A stretch of 64,000 nucleotides of DNA from Thermoproteota archaeon (GTDB lineage: Archaea > Korarchaeota > Korarchaeia > B14-G2), in assembly GCA_037917675.1 (NCBI GenBank), contig JAVCBW010000034.1:32001-96000 (forward strand), written 5' to 3'. The notes beneath the pieces are model-generated. The model saw only the letters and a list, made by a program, of their open reading frames with translations, did no database searches and was not told where the DNA came from. This document shows positions 25,672 to 35,374 of the stretch, in pieces (position 1 is the stretch's first letter; the number at the start of each line of letters is the position of its first letter). The position numbers and the translations under genes were made by a program.

Positions 25672-27807
25672 GTGCTCATGAGGATGCTGAAGCTTAGGGT
25701 CGCTGAAGCTAGGCCTGAAGACGTCTATAGGAAGCTTGCCAGGCTAAGCCACAAGTCTATGGTTGAGCTCAATGCTGCCAACGGCGACTTCATCGAGCTA
25801 TCCTCACCTAGGGGCGCTGTAGTATGCCAGGCTTGGCATGACCCTGAGGATGAGAGCTCTGACCTAATCAGAGTCGATGGGCATGTGAGGCAGCAGGCTG
25901 GAGTCCGCTTAGGAGAGCATATATCAGTCAGGAAGGTAGATGTCCCTCCTGCCTCAAGGGTCGTGCTAGCTCCAGTCGATCAGGTTGGCTTCGACCTTGA
26001 GCTGGTAAGCTACCTTAAGAAGCAGCTCCTAGGCAGGCCTCTCTCACGTGGCGAGCTCATAGTCATACCTGTATTAGCAGCTGAGCTCAGGTTCCTCGTT
26101 GTCTCAGCACACCCATCTCACACTGTCTACGTAGCAAGCGAGACGAGGCTAGTGATCCGTGGAGCTCCAGCTGAAGCTGTGAGAGGCATCCCAAGGGTCA
26201 CATGGGAGGACATAGGTGGCTTGGAGGAGGCTAAGGCGAAGATAAGGGAGGTCGTTGAGCTACCCATAAGGTACCCTGAGCTCTTCAGACACCTTGGTAT
26301 AGAGCCTCCTAAGGGTGTGCTCCTCTATGGGCCACCTGGCACAGGGAAGACCCTGCTAGCTAAGGCTCTAGCGAACGAGGTTGGAGCATACTTCATATCC
26401 ATCAATGGCCCAGAGATCATGAGCAAGTTCTATGGTGAGTCTGAGGCCAGGCTCAGGGAGATATTTAGGGAAGCAGAGGAGAACGCGCCCTCAATAGTCT
26501 TCATAGACGAGATAGACGCCATAGCTCCTAGAAGAGAGGATGTCACAGGTGAGCTTGAGAAGAGAGTTGTAGCTCAGCTTCTAGCTCTCATGGATGGCTT
26601 GAAGGAGAGAGGGAGAGTCATTGTGATAGCTGCTACAAACAGGGTCAGTGGAGTAGACCCTGCACTAAGGAGGCCAGGTAGGTTCGATAGAGAGATAGAG
26701 ACCCACCTACCAGATAGGAGGGAGAGGCTTGAGATACTCAAGATACACACCAGGAGCATGCCTCTAGCCCCATCTGTCAGGCTGGATGAGATAGCTGAGG
26801 CTACACACGGCTACACTGGAGCAGACCTAGCTGCGCTAGCTAGAGAGGCTGCCATGAACGCTCTAAGGAGGGTTCTCCCAGGAACTGACCTCAGCTCCCT
26901 CAAGGTCACAAGAGAGCTTCTCAGCAAGCTCAAGGTTGAGATGCAGGACTTCCTTGAGGCAATGAAGCACATCCAGCCAACCCTGCTGAGAGAGGTCTAT
27001 GTTGAGGTGCCTGAAGTCCACTGGAGCGACATAGGCGGGCTAAGGTCTGTCAAGCAGGTCTTAAAAGAGTCTGTTGAAGCCCCACTAAGGTACCCTGAGG
27101 TCTTCAAGGAGATGGGTATAGAGCCTCCCAGGGGAATACTCCTCTATGGGCCACCTGGCTGCGGGAAGACCCTGCTAGCTAAGGCTGTGGCAACAGAGAG
27201 TAGGGCAAACTTCATATGCATTAGGGGCCCAGAGCTGCTGAGCAAGTGGGTAGGTGAGTCTGAGAAGGCTGTGAGAGAGGTCTTCAGGAGGGCAAGGCAG
27301 GTAGCGCCATGTGTCGTGTTCTTCGATGAGATAGATGCCATAGCTCCAGCTAGGGGGAGCTCAGACTCATCTGGCGTCACAGACAGGGTTGTCAACCAGC
27401 TTCTCACAGAGATGGATGGCATAGTCCCACTGCAGAACGTCATAGTCTTGGCAGCAACCAACAAGCCTGAGGTGCTTGACCAGGCTCTCCTCAGGCCAGG
27501 GAGGCTTGAGAAGATCCTCTATGTGCCTCCACCAGACATAGAGGCTAGAATAGAGATATTCCAGATACACACCCGGAGGATGCCTCTAGCTGAGGACATA
27601 GACTTCAAAAAGCTAGCAGAGATGACCGAGGGATACACAGGTGCAGACATAGCTGCAGTGTGTAGAGAGGCTGCGATGATAGCTATAAGAGGAGAATACA
27701 AGCTTAAACCTGTGGAGATGGAGCATTTCACCCAGGCGATAAGGGTGGTTCCTCCATCTCTCAGCAGCAAGCCATGGCTCCAGCAGCAAGCATGCAGCCA
27801 GCTCTAA
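25672..27807 (+). CDS. cdc48: CDC48/VAT/p97 AAA+ ATPase
   Basis: N domain plus two AAA modules ([16 protein letters not shown]; DEID; RPGR). Confidence 0.95.
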   Translation: MLMRMLKLRVAEARPEDVYRKLARLSHKSMVELNAANGDFIELSSPRGAVVCQAWHDPEDESSDLIRVDGHVRQQAGVRLGEHISVRKVDVPPASRVVLAPVDQVGFDLELVSYLKKQLLGRPLSRGELIVIPVLAAELRFLVVSAHPSHTVYVASETRLVIRGAPAEAVRGIPRVTWEDIGGLEEAKAKIREVVELPIRYPELFRHLGIEPPKGVLLYGPPGTGKTLLAKALANEVGAYFISINGPEIMSKFYGESEARLREIFREAEENAPSIVFIDEIDAIAPRREDVTGELEKRVVAQLLALMDGLKERGRVIVIAATNRVSGVDPALRRPGRFDREIETHLPDRRERLEILKIHTRSMPLAPSVRLDEIAEATHGYTGADLAALAREAAMNALRRVLPGTDLSSLKVTRELLSKLKVEMQDFLEAMKHIQPTLLREVYVEVPEVHWSDIGGLRSVKQVLKESVEAPLRYPEVFKEMGIEPPRGILLYGPPGCGKTLLAKAVATESRANFICIRGPELLSKWVGESEKAVREVFRRARQVAPCVVFFDEIDAIAPARGSSDSSGVTDRVVNQLLTEMDGIVPLQNVIVLAATNKPEVLDQALLRPGRLEKILYVPPPDIEARIEIFQIHTRRMPLAEDIDFKKLAEMTEGYTGADIAAVCREAAMIAIRGEYKLKPVEMEHFTQAIRVVPPSLSSKPWLQQQACSQL

Positions 27808-27921
27808 AGCCGGTCGCGTAGCTGATGCTGGGTGTGCTGCTGAGGCATCTAGCACCAACTGGGCTAACTCGAGGAAAAATTTAATTTAAGTCCTGCTGCC
27901 CCTGCATGATGGTGTCCTCCT

Positions 27922-28014
27922 TTGAAGCATACCCTCCTAGCTTTGCTGCATGCCACTCTCCTAGAGGGCTCTACTGCCATAGCTACCCTGCTCCTCAGGA
28001 AGGCTAGAGGATGA
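27922..28014 (+). CDS. Candidate 30-aa hydrophobic peptide (not in ORF track)
   Basis: TTG start after GATGGTG and an AT-rich promoter (about 27875-27890); MKHTLLALLHATLLEGSTAIATLLLRKARG*; stops 4 nt before the next ATG. Confidence 0.35.
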   Translation: MKHTLLALLHATLLEGSTAIATLLLRKARG

Positions 28015-28018
28015 CACC

Positions 28019-28654
28019 ATGATACCTACTATCCTCAAGCTAACTGTAGCATCAGAGGCTATAGCCTCTCTGCTCAGCTTTCTGATAGGGTACTATGCTC
28101 TCAGAGCATATAAGGTCACTGAGCTGAAGGGGATGCTCTACCTGAATGTAGGCTTCACCCTGCTTGGAGCTGGCATGCTATTCAGAGCTCTGTCAAGCAT
28201 ATACATCCTGACCCTCGCATCGAGGGGTGCTGCTGCAGCTGCCAGAGCTGCAATCAGAGTTACGTCAATAGCCTACATGGCTGTCAAGCTGGCAGCATAT
28301 GCTATGCTCGCAACCATGTATAGCAGGCAGCCTAAAGCCTCTAGCGTCTCCATGTCAGCTCTCATCTTCCAGCCTAGAAGGCAGGTAGCTGCCCTAGTCT
28401 ACAACATCTATCTTGAGCTAGCTGCCATACCAGTGCTCACATATATCTCAGCTCAATCTCTGATGAACTTCCTCTACTCTAGAAGCAGGGAGAGCCTACT
28501 GGTCACCATTGGGTTCACGCTGCTGCTAGCAAGCCACGTGCTTGCCCTGCTCATCCCTCTAGCAGCAGCATTCTATATGCTATCAGTTCTAGCTCAGCTC
28601 TCAGCTCTAGTCTCCATGCTAGCTATGCTCCTGGCGGTGAGATCCAGTGGCTAA
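28019..28654 (+). CDS. Uncharacterised ~6-TM membrane protein with internal duplication
   Basis: Hydrophobic helices; GFTLL motif occurs once in each half. Confidence 0.75.
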   Translation: MIPTILKLTVASEAIASLLSFLIGYYALRAYKVTELKGMLYLNVGFTLLGAGMLFRALSSIYILTLASRGAAAAARAAIRVTSIAYMAVKLAAYAMLATMYSRQPKASSVSMSALIFQPRRQVAALVYNIYLELAAIPVLTYISAQSLMNFLYSRSRESLLVTIGFTLLLASHVLALLIPLAAAFYMLSVLAQLSALVSMLAMLLAVRSSG

Positions 28655-28922
28655 GAAGTACAGGTCTAGGATGCAGATATATGCTGACATACTAGCTGAA
28701 CTAGAGCATGGGGAAGCTTCAATAACTCAGCTACTCTATAGAGCAAACCTATCTCATGCAAGGCTAGTCAAGTACCTCAATAGCCTAGTGGACTCAGGGC
28801 TAGTGAGGAAGCTGGAGTCAGAGGGTGCTGTCAGATATGTGCTCACATCCAAGGGGCTAAAGTTCCTACAGGAGTATAGGAGGTTCATCAAGTTTGCTAA
28901 GGCCTTTGGGATCGAAGTTTAG
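28647..28922 (+). CDS. Small winged-helix transcriptional regulator (ArnR1-like HTH_45 type)
   Basis: RSRMQIYADIL, TQLLYRANLS, YVLTSKG. Confidence 0.88.
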   Translation: MAKKYRSRMQIYADILAELEHGEASITQLLYRANLSHARLVKYLNSLVDSGLVRKLESEGAVRYVLTSKGLKFLQEYRRFIKFAKAFGIEV

Positions 28923-29064
28923 CCTGAGAGGCTGCTGCCTCTAGGTCTATAGCATGCCTAGCTCCGCCTTCCTGCTCTCCTTGGTGAGGCGGCTACGCTA
29001 GCAGGAGCCTAGCAGCATCCTCCACTGGTCTAGAGGCTGCTTCTACAGCTTGATCTGGGAGATC

Positions 29065-29838
29065 CTAGACGCCAACCCTGATAGCTCCCTCTCCCTTAGC
29101 TATACTGAAGCTCACCCACTTAGTGAGGTGTCTGACGCCACTCATCCTCCTCACTCTAACCTGCTTAGATAAGATCCCCATCTTCATGGCATTTGGGTCG
29201 AATCTCAAGTCTATTATGCCATCTGTGAAGCACTCCATTATGCTCCTGTAGTTGTCGAATACTCCGAAGTGCATCGTGTAGAAGACTGGGACTATCAGCC
29301 CCTTACAGAGGTCTGCTCTCAGCTCCTTCATGGACTCAAGCAGGACAGCAGGGTCTACTCTCGTTAGGAACTCTGTGATGGAGTCTAAGACGACGGCTCC
29401 CCTCTCAGCCATCCCCCTGCTTTCAGCTTCAGCTATGACAGCTCTCCAGACATCCTCTGGCCTCCCCGGCTTGCTCAGGTAGACTGTGTTACCTGATATA
29501 GCTTCCCTGAGCCTGCTTACTGAGGGGCTGAGCTTCACCTCTCTTAGCCTCTCCTCTATCCTATAGGAGAAGCAGTCTAGGAGTACAAGCCCTCCCTCCA
29601 GAGACCTAGCTAGGTCAAAGCCTAGTGCAAGGATCCTCTGGGCAGCTGAGAGCGCTGTGTCTTCCATGCAGACCATGATAGCTGGCTCACCTCGCTGTGT
29701 GAACCTGTAAGCGATCTCTGTCACGATCGCACTCTTCCCTGTACCCGGCTCCCCCTCAACTGATATCAGGGAGCTTCTCAAGACCCCCTCTGGGAGGAGC
29801 TCATCTAGCACAGAGACTCCAAGCTTGACAGCTTGCAT
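29065..29838 (-). CDS. KaiC/RAD55-like RecA-superfamily ATPase
   Basis: GVSVLDELL, GEPGTGKS, VVLDS, DGIIDL, RRMSG; start reassigned to ATG 29838. Confidence 0.88.
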   Translation of the reverse strand: MQAVKLGVSVLDELLPEGVLRSSLISVEGEPGTGKSAIVTEIAYRFTQRGEPAIMVCMEDTALSAAQRILALGFDLARSLEGGLVLLDCFSYRIEERLREVKLSPSVSRLREAISGNTVYLSKPGRPEDVWRAVIAEAESRGMAERGAVVLDSITEFLTRVDPAVLLESMKELRADLCKGLIVPVFYTMHFGVFDNYRSIMECFTDGIIDLRFDPNAMKMGILSKQVRVRRMSGVRHLTKWVSFSIAKGEGAIRVGV

Positions 29839-29839
29839 G

Positions 29840-30007
29840 CTACCTCTTCCTGACCATCTTGCTTCCACACCTAGGGCAGCTCACTGTATAGCATGGAACC
29901 CCACGCTCATGTGGAACCGTATACCCACAGCTTGGGCAGATACACTCTCCACCAGGCCCAAGCCCATAGCCTCCCATCCTGCCTCTACGCCTACCCCACC
30001 CAGCCAA
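29840..30007 (-). CDS. 55-aa Gly/Arg-rich zinc-ribbon protein (not in ORF track)
   Basis: MAGWGRRRGRMGGYGLGPGGECICPSCGYTVPHERGVPCYTVSCPRCGSKMVRKR*; fills the gap exactly; AGGTGG SD. Confidence 0.85.
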   Translation of the reverse strand: MAGWGRRRGRMGGYGLGPGGECICPSCGYTVPHERGVPCYTVSCPRCGSKMVRKR

Positions 30008-30024
30008 GCTGCCACCTGAAGCTG

Positions 30025-30354
30025 CTAGGCATACATCAGGAGCTCAACAGCCTCCCTTTTACCCTTCCTCTCTCTAGCCCAGTCTCTGACGAGCCAGTCG
30101 ATGAGCTCCTCAAGCCACCTCCTACAGTCGTCCTCCTCAAGGCACTCCCTAAGCTTGCTCTCGAGCTCACTGCATAGCTCAGGGTCATCTGGGTCGCTGA
30201 CATAGCCTACAGGCGTCATATGGCGGCCAAGCTCCCTGACAAGATAGTAGTCAAGCTCCTCTCTCTCCTGATCACTCAACTCCCCGATGGCTCTCTCAAT
30301 GGCCATGTCAATGATACCCTTAATCAATCTGAGTGCATGTCTACTCAATCTCAC
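30025..30354 (-). CDS. Hypothetical acidic protein
   Basis: Typical codon usage; first gene of a minus-strand operon with a TATA near 30383-30388. Confidence 0.7.
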   Translation of the reverse strand: MRLSRHALRLIKGIIDMAIERAIGELSDQEREELDYYLVRELGRHMTPVGYVSDPDDPELCSELESKLRECLEEDDCRRWLEELIDWLVRDWARERKGKREAVELLMYA

Positions 30355-30488
30355 ACCTAGCTTCTAGCTGCCATAGGATATCTTAAATCTTGCCTACGTG
30401 GAGGCCATAGCTCAGAGCAGGTTACAGGCATCCGTGTATGCCACCAAAGCTTTAAATCTCATGACTGAAGCCTCCTAGTGGTGTCTAG

Positions 30489-31214
30489 ATGGCTGTACTT
30501 GAGGTCTCAGAGCTTACAGTCGAGGTCGGTGGCCGCACTGTAGTAGAGGACGTGAGCTTCAGGGTTAGAGGCGGAGAACTCCATGTCCTGCTAGGCCCAA
30601 ATGGGAGTGGTAAGACTTCCATAATAAACGCCATAATAGGGATCCCAGGCTACAGGGTTGTTAAGGGATCTATTAAGCTGGATGGGGTAGACGTAGCCAG
30701 AATGCCTATAGATGAGAGAGCTAAGCTAGGTATCGGAGTCATGTTCCAGAGGCCACCTAGCATAAGAGGAGTGAAGCTAGGTGAGCTAGCTGCCAGAGTG
30801 GCTCAGATACATGGCAGCAGCCCTCCTAGCATAGACCTGAACATATCTAGCTTGCTAGGTAGAGAGCTCAACATAGGCTTCAGTGGAGGAGAGGTGAAGA
30901 GAAGCGAGCTCTACCTGCTGCTCTCTCAGAGGCCTAAGATAGCGCTGCTAGATGAGCCTGACAGCGGAGTAGACGTGGAGAACCTTGCTCTCATAGGTAA
31001 GGCTATAAATAGCCTCCTGGAAGCTGGAGCTGGAGTCCTCGTGGTAACACACCTAGGCTACATAATGAGGCACATCACAACGAAGACGAAGGCCTATGTC
31101 CTAATAGATGGCAGGATAACATGCACAGGAGACCCAGACAAGATCCTAAGCGACATCTTGAAGAAGGGATTCGACTGGTGCCGTGAGTGTGAGGCTCCAC
31201 TAGAGAACTGCTGA
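30489..31214 (+). CDS. sufC: Fe-S assembly ABC ATPase SufC (SmsC-type)
   Basis: GPNGSGKT, FSGGE, LDEPDSGVD; C-terminal CREC; adjacent to sufB. Confidence 0.92.
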   Translation: MAVLEVSELTVEVGGRTVVEDVSFRVRGGELHVLLGPNGSGKTSIINAIIGIPGYRVVKGSIKLDGVDVARMPIDERAKLGIGVMFQRPPSIRGVKLGELAARVAQIHGSSPPSIDLNISSLLGRELNIGFSGGEVKRSELYLLLSQRPKIALLDEPDSGVDVENLALIGKAINSLLEAGAGVLVVTHLGYIMRHITTKTKAYVLIDGRITCTGDPDKILSDILKKGFDWCRECEAPLENC

Positions 31215-31223
31215 GGCGAAACC

Positions 31224-32423
31224 TTGATAGCTGAGAGAGCGAGGAAGGCCTTAGATAAGCCCTCTAAGTATGGCCCTGACATAGACCTAAAGTCACTTGA
31301 GATACCAAAGGGAGCCATAGACATCCGGTCAAGAGAGGAGGTGGCAGAAGAGTACTCAAGGGAAGCAGAGAAGGTTGGAGTAGACCTGAGACGGAGAGGA
31401 GGATACGTCCAGGTAGATGAGAGGGTGGTCTTCAAGCTCACAAGAGACTGGATGAAGAAGCATGGTGTGCTCCTCATGAGCATGAGGGAAGCCATAGAGG
31501 AGCTCAGCTGGGCTAAAGACTACTACTGGAAGGCTGTTCCAGTAGACGCTGACAAGTATACTGCTACAGTAGAGCTCGCGGAGGCACAGGGCTACTTCAT
31601 CTACGTCCCTCCAGGTATCAGAGTAAAGGCCCCAGTGCAGACTTGCCTCCTCCTATATAGGAGTGGCATAGCTCAGCCAGTACATAACATAGTAGTTGTG
31701 GAGGAGGGTAGTGAGCTCCACCTGCTGACAGGCTGTGCGTCAGCAGCACATGAGGGGGCGCATCTCAGCGTCTCAGAGTTCTATGTCAAGAGGAATGCGA
31801 AGCTGACCTTCACCATGATACACAGCTGGTCAACAGGCTTAGATGTGAGGCCTAGGACAGGAGTGGTCATAGAGGAGGGTGGAGAGTACATAAGCACCTA
31901 CCTGACACTAGCTCCAGTACGCTCACTTCAGTCCTATCCTATAGCATATCTGAAAGCTGATGCCAAGTGTAGGATGAACACGATCATAGTGGCCAAGGAG
32001 AGGTCGATCATGGACCTAGGAGGGAAGCTCGTCTTTAGAGGAGAGGGAGCAGGAGGAGAGGTTGTGTCTAGGGCTGTAGCGAGAGACGAGGCCAAAGTAT
32101 ATGCTAGAGGAGCTCTAGTAGGGGAGAAGCCTGGTGTGAGAGGGCATCTGGAGTGCAGTGGCCTGATACTCTCCACAAAAGCTAGGATACTAGCTGCCCC
32201 AGAGCTAGATGGGAGGGTGGCTGGAGTAGAGCTCACTCACGAGGCTGCAGTAGGGAAGATAGCAGAGGAGCAGATCACATACCTCATGGCGAGAGGCTTC
32301 ACAAGAGAAGAAGCGACATCAATCATAGTGAGAGGGTTCATGGAGGTCAACCTAGAGGGTATACCTCCTGAGCTTGCTACTGAAGTCAAGAAGGTCCTAG
32401 ATGCTACAGCCAGAGGCCTCTAG
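31224..32423 (+). CDS. sufB: Fe-S assembly scaffold SufB/SufD family (SmsB-type)
   Basis: VHNIVVVEEG, HSW, VRPRT, HLECSG, PEL, THEAAVGKI, YLMARG. Confidence 0.92.
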   Translation: MIAERARKALDKPSKYGPDIDLKSLEIPKGAIDIRSREEVAEEYSREAEKVGVDLRRRGGYVQVDERVVFKLTRDWMKKHGVLLMSMREAIEELSWAKDYYWKAVPVDADKYTATVELAEAQGYFIYVPPGIRVKAPVQTCLLLYRSGIAQPVHNIVVVEEGSELHLLTGCASAAHEGAHLSVSEFYVKRNAKLTFTMIHSWSTGLDVRPRTGVVIEEGGEYISTYLTLAPVRSLQSYPIAYLKADAKCRMNTIIVAKERSIMDLGGKLVFRGEGAGGEVVSRAVARDEAKVYARGALVGEKPGVRGHLECSGLILSTKARILAAPELDGRVAGVELTHEAAVGKIAEEQITYLMARGFTREEATSIIVRGFMEVNLEGIPPELATEVKKVLDATARGL

Positions 32424-32464
32424 CAACGTTTAAAGCCAGGCCAACAGGACCAGAGAGGGGCTCC

Positions 32465-33157
32465 TTGAAAGCTCTGATCCTAGCTGGAGGCTTCGGGAAG
32501 AGGCTTAGGCCTCTGACAGAGAAGCTACCTAAGCCTCTGCTCCCAGTTGCAGGTAAGCCTATACTAGAGTACCAGCTTGAGTGGCTGAGTAGGAATGGTG
32601 TGAGAGATGTAGTCCTATGCGTAGGCTATCTGAGAGAGAAGATAGAGCAGAGGCTAGGTGGAAGGTGGAGAGATATCAGGATAGAGTACTCTGTCGAAGA
32701 GGAGCCTCTAGGCACAGGTGGAGCCCTGAAGGCAGCTAGAGAGCATGTAGCTGGCACAGAGCTGTTCATAGCCCTAAACGGGGATGTGATCACAGACCTA
32801 GACCTCACTCCACTAGCCTCTGAGGCTAAAGATGTGCTAGGAGCCATAGCAGTAGTCCAGCTCAGGTCGCCATATGGCATAGTAGCCATAGGCGAAGGCT
32901 CCAGGATCCTGAGGTTCATAGAGAAGCCCATCCTGAGAGAATACTGGATAAACGCTGGAGTCTACTGCCTCAAGCCTGAGGTGCTAGACTACATGCCTGA
33001 GAGAGGAGACCTTGAGAAGACAGCCTTCCCAAGGCTAGCTGAGGAGGGCAAGCTTAAGGCAGTAAGGTACACTGGAGTATACTGGAGGAGCATAGACACA
33101 TACAAGGACTTAGAGGAGGCTAGCAGAGACATAAGCGAGGGAAGGTACTCTCCCTAA
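32465..33157 (+). CDS. Sugar-phosphate nucleotidyltransferase
   Basis: ILAGGFGKRLRPLT, PKPL, LGTGG, NGD, EKP. Confidence 0.92.
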   Translation: MKALILAGGFGKRLRPLTEKLPKPLLPVAGKPILEYQLEWLSRNGVRDVVLCVGYLREKIEQRLGGRWRDIRIEYSVEEEPLGTGGALKAAREHVAGTELFIALNGDVITDLDLTPLASEAKDVLGAIAVVQLRSPYGIVAIGEGSRILRFIEKPILREYWINAGVYCLKPEVLDYMPERGDLEKTAFPRLAEEGKLKAVRYTGVYWRSIDTYKDLEEASRDISEGRYSP

Positions 33158-33866
33158 ACCCTCGCCACAAGCCCAACACCACAATCAATCAGCTTTCCTC
33201 TAAACCGCTCCCTAAACACGCCAGCAGCCCTCTCCCCACTGCAGTGGCATAGAGCTGCCCTCTCAACTCCTAGCTCAATAAGCCTCCCTGCTATATCCTC
33301 AAGCCTGCCTCTGTCAGCTCCAATCAGGTGGAAGCCTCCTACGAGAAGAGGTATTCTCCTAGATCCAGCAGCCTTCTCAGCTGCCTCATCAAGCTCAACC
33401 ACACCAGGGTGAGCACAGCCAGTCACAACAGCTATCCCACTTCTCGCAGCAACCACGAGTGCATGCTCTCTCATAAACCTTCCCAGCGTACCTGTAGTGT
33501 AGACTCCATTACAGATGCAGGTAGGCTCAGCACACTCAACCACACTACAGCTGAGCTCCCTTATCCTCCTCTCCACTCCCTCAGGGAACCCAGATGAGAC
33601 ATACACGCTGACACCAGGATTCAGCTCAAGCACCTTCCATAGCCCATCAACATGGTCACCATGCTCATGTGATATCATAGTGGCATCAACTCTGAGGTTA
33701 GCTCCAAGAGCTCTAGCATTATAGAGCAATATCTCTGAGCTGCCACCTGCATCAAACAGACCCTCACCCTATCTGCATCCACTAGACAGGAGAAGCCCCA
33801 TGCTCCCCTAGCTCCACTTGCAAGCACCCTGCTATCATAGATCACAGTGAACTCAGCATGCTCCAC
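33154..33866 (-). pseudogene. MBL-fold metallo-hydrolase split by a 1-nt frameshift
   Basis: WGFSCLV..RV joins LFDAG..SHEHGDH..TGCAHPG..GGFH..HCSG if one base is added near 33759. Confidence 0.8.
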
Positions 33867-34086
33867 AGCTTCAACATCCCATGCTCTAGGAGCCTCAGCT
33901 GCCTCAGCTCCCCCTCTAAGCTTTATGGCGTGAGGAGAGCTAGCCCAGCTGCTGCGTTGAGCGGTGCCATGGAGCTATCCTCTGCAAAGCCTCCTAGCAT
34001 CTGTGCCCTATCCATAGCGTGTGGTTTTCAACTGCAAGGTTGCTGCTCCATAGCTCACATGTGGTATGCTGTTTCCGAACACAATC

Positions 34087-34112
34087 TTTAAAATCTAGTG
34101 TGCAATAGCACA
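34087..34112 (+). promoter_or_regulatory. TATA box followed by TGTGC-AATA-GCACA dyad
   Basis: TTTAAAAT at 34087-34094 and dyad at 34099-34112; same 12-nt offset as at 1783/1795. Confidence 0.65.
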
Positions 34113-34125
34113 GAATGGTGAGAGC

Positions 34126-34380
34126 ATGGGTTGGGGTAGAGGATGGCGAGGCTGGGGCTGGTGGGGCCCCTGGCCAGGTAGAGGCCCATTCAGCTTCCTA
34201 CCACCCTGGATGAGGCCAGGATGGGTCTTTGGGAGAGGAGCATGCTGGTGGCTCTTCAGTCCATGGCTATGGACATGGTATACCCCATACATGTACTGGT
34301 ACATGCCCTACTGGTATACAGGGTACATGCCCTACTGGTATACAGGGTACATGCCATGGTTTAGGTACTGGTGGTGGTAG
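34126..34380 (+). CDS. Trp/Tyr/Gly-rich small protein (DUF5320-like N-terminal motif)
   Basis: GPWPGRGPFSFLPPWMRPGW..GRGACW; 20 Trp in 84 aa; promoter and GGTGA SD upstream. Confidence 0.75.
   Translation: MGWGRGWRGWGWWGPWPGRGPFSFLPPWMRPGWVFGRGACWWLFSPWLWTWYTPYMYWYMPYWYTGYMPYWYTGYMPWFRYWWW
34298..34355 (+). repeat. 24-bp tandem repeat (2.4 copies) encoding YMPYWYTG
   Basis: ggtacatgccctactggtatacag x2 plus ggtacatgcc. Confidence 0.9.
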
Positions 34381-34381
34381 C

Positions 34382-34600
34382 ATGTGGTACTGGCCATACT
34401 GGCTATGGGGCTACTGGAGCTGGTGGACACCATGGAGCTGGCTGAGCCCATGGTACACGCCTCCACTCTATGAGCCAGCTGAAGCCATGAGGTACATACT
34501 TGAAGCAAGGAGGAGCATGCTAGAGCTCCAGAAGAGCATGATAGAATCTGAGCTAAGCCTCATAGAAGAGAGATTGAAGGAGCTGAAGCCCACTGGCTAA
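34382..34600 (+). CDS. Small protein with Trp-rich N-terminus and C-terminal coiled coil
   Basis: MWYWPYWLWGYWSWW...LELQKSMIESELSLIEERLKEL; ATG 1 nt after the upstream stop. Confidence 0.75.
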   Translation: MWYWPYWLWGYWSWWTPWSWLSPWYTPPLYEPAEAMRYILEARRSMLELQKSMIESELSLIEERLKELKPTG

Positions 34601-34774
34601 GCACACACCACACCTCCATTTGAGCAGCCTAACCCTCATCCCATAGCTAAGAGGATAGCACTTAGCGAAGCTAGTATCCTAAGAGTGTGGAATACACTTG
34701 ACAGTGCTAGAAGGAGACTGCGAATTCGCTAGGCACATATTTAAACATCCACCCACAAGCTTGAATGTGTCTTT

Positions 34775-35371
34775 ATGAGGAAGATAGCGGTCTCATCCCA
34801 GAGCTCAGGAGGGCTAGAAGACTACGTGTCCCCTGTGCTAGCTAGGTGCCCAGTCTTCACGATAGTTGATGTTGAGGATGATGAGATCAAGAGCGTCACA
34901 ACCTTACAGAACCCTGCCATGTCAGCTCCAATGGGAGCTGGAATGCAGGCAGCTCAGATGCTAGCGAACCAGGGAGTAGAGGCTGTTATAGCAGGGAGAG
35001 TAGGCCCAAACGCATGGGCAGCCCTAAACAGTCTAGGCATAAAGTTCGTACAGGCATCAGGAATCAAGGTGAAAGAGGCTATAGAGAAGTACATCAGAGG
35101 AGAGCTCCAGCCAGCTACATCACCAACCGGGAGAGGAATGAGAGCATGGGGCAGGCCACCAGCTCCATCAGCACCAGCGCCACCAGCACCAGCTCCATCG
35201 ATGCCACAGTTCCAGTATCCACAGCAGCCCTATCCTCCCATGTGGGCTCCTCCTCCGCTTCCACCTGAGATGGAGCTACAGATGCTGGAGAGCATGAAGA
35301 GGATGATAGAGGAGCACTTGAGGATAGTCAGTCAGAGGATAGAGCAGCTAAAGAGGCAGCTTAGCAGGTAG
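34775..35371 (+). CDS. NifB/NifX-family protein with Pro-rich linker and coiled-coil tail
   Basis: KIAV..ARCPVF..NP..GAG..GVEAVIAGRVGPNA, then PAPSAPAPP.. and a coiled coil; TATA at 34737-34745. Confidence 0.88.
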   Translation: MRKIAVSSQSSGGLEDYVSPVLARCPVFTIVDVEDDEIKSVTTLQNPAMSAPMGAGMQAAQMLANQGVEAVIAGRVGPNAWAALNSLGIKFVQASGIKVKEAIEKYIRGELQPATSPTGRGMRAWGRPPAPSAPAPPAPAPSMPQFQYPQQPYPPMWAPPPLPPEMELQMLESMKRMIEEHLRIVSQRIEQLKRQLSR

Positions 35372-35374
35372 CTG

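Noticed and set aside
28930-29050. Nested stem with downstream ACA (H/ACA-like RNA)
   Set aside because: No convincing K-turn or pseudouridylation pocket; at most a terminator between convergent genes
34298-34355. Possible mini CRISPR array
   Set aside because: Contiguous in-frame coding repeat with no spacers and no cas genes
34229-34381. N-terminal extension of ORF 34229..34600 (GTCPTGIQ repeats)
   Set aside because: Alternate-frame reading of the Trp-rich gene; ATG 34382 is the coupled start
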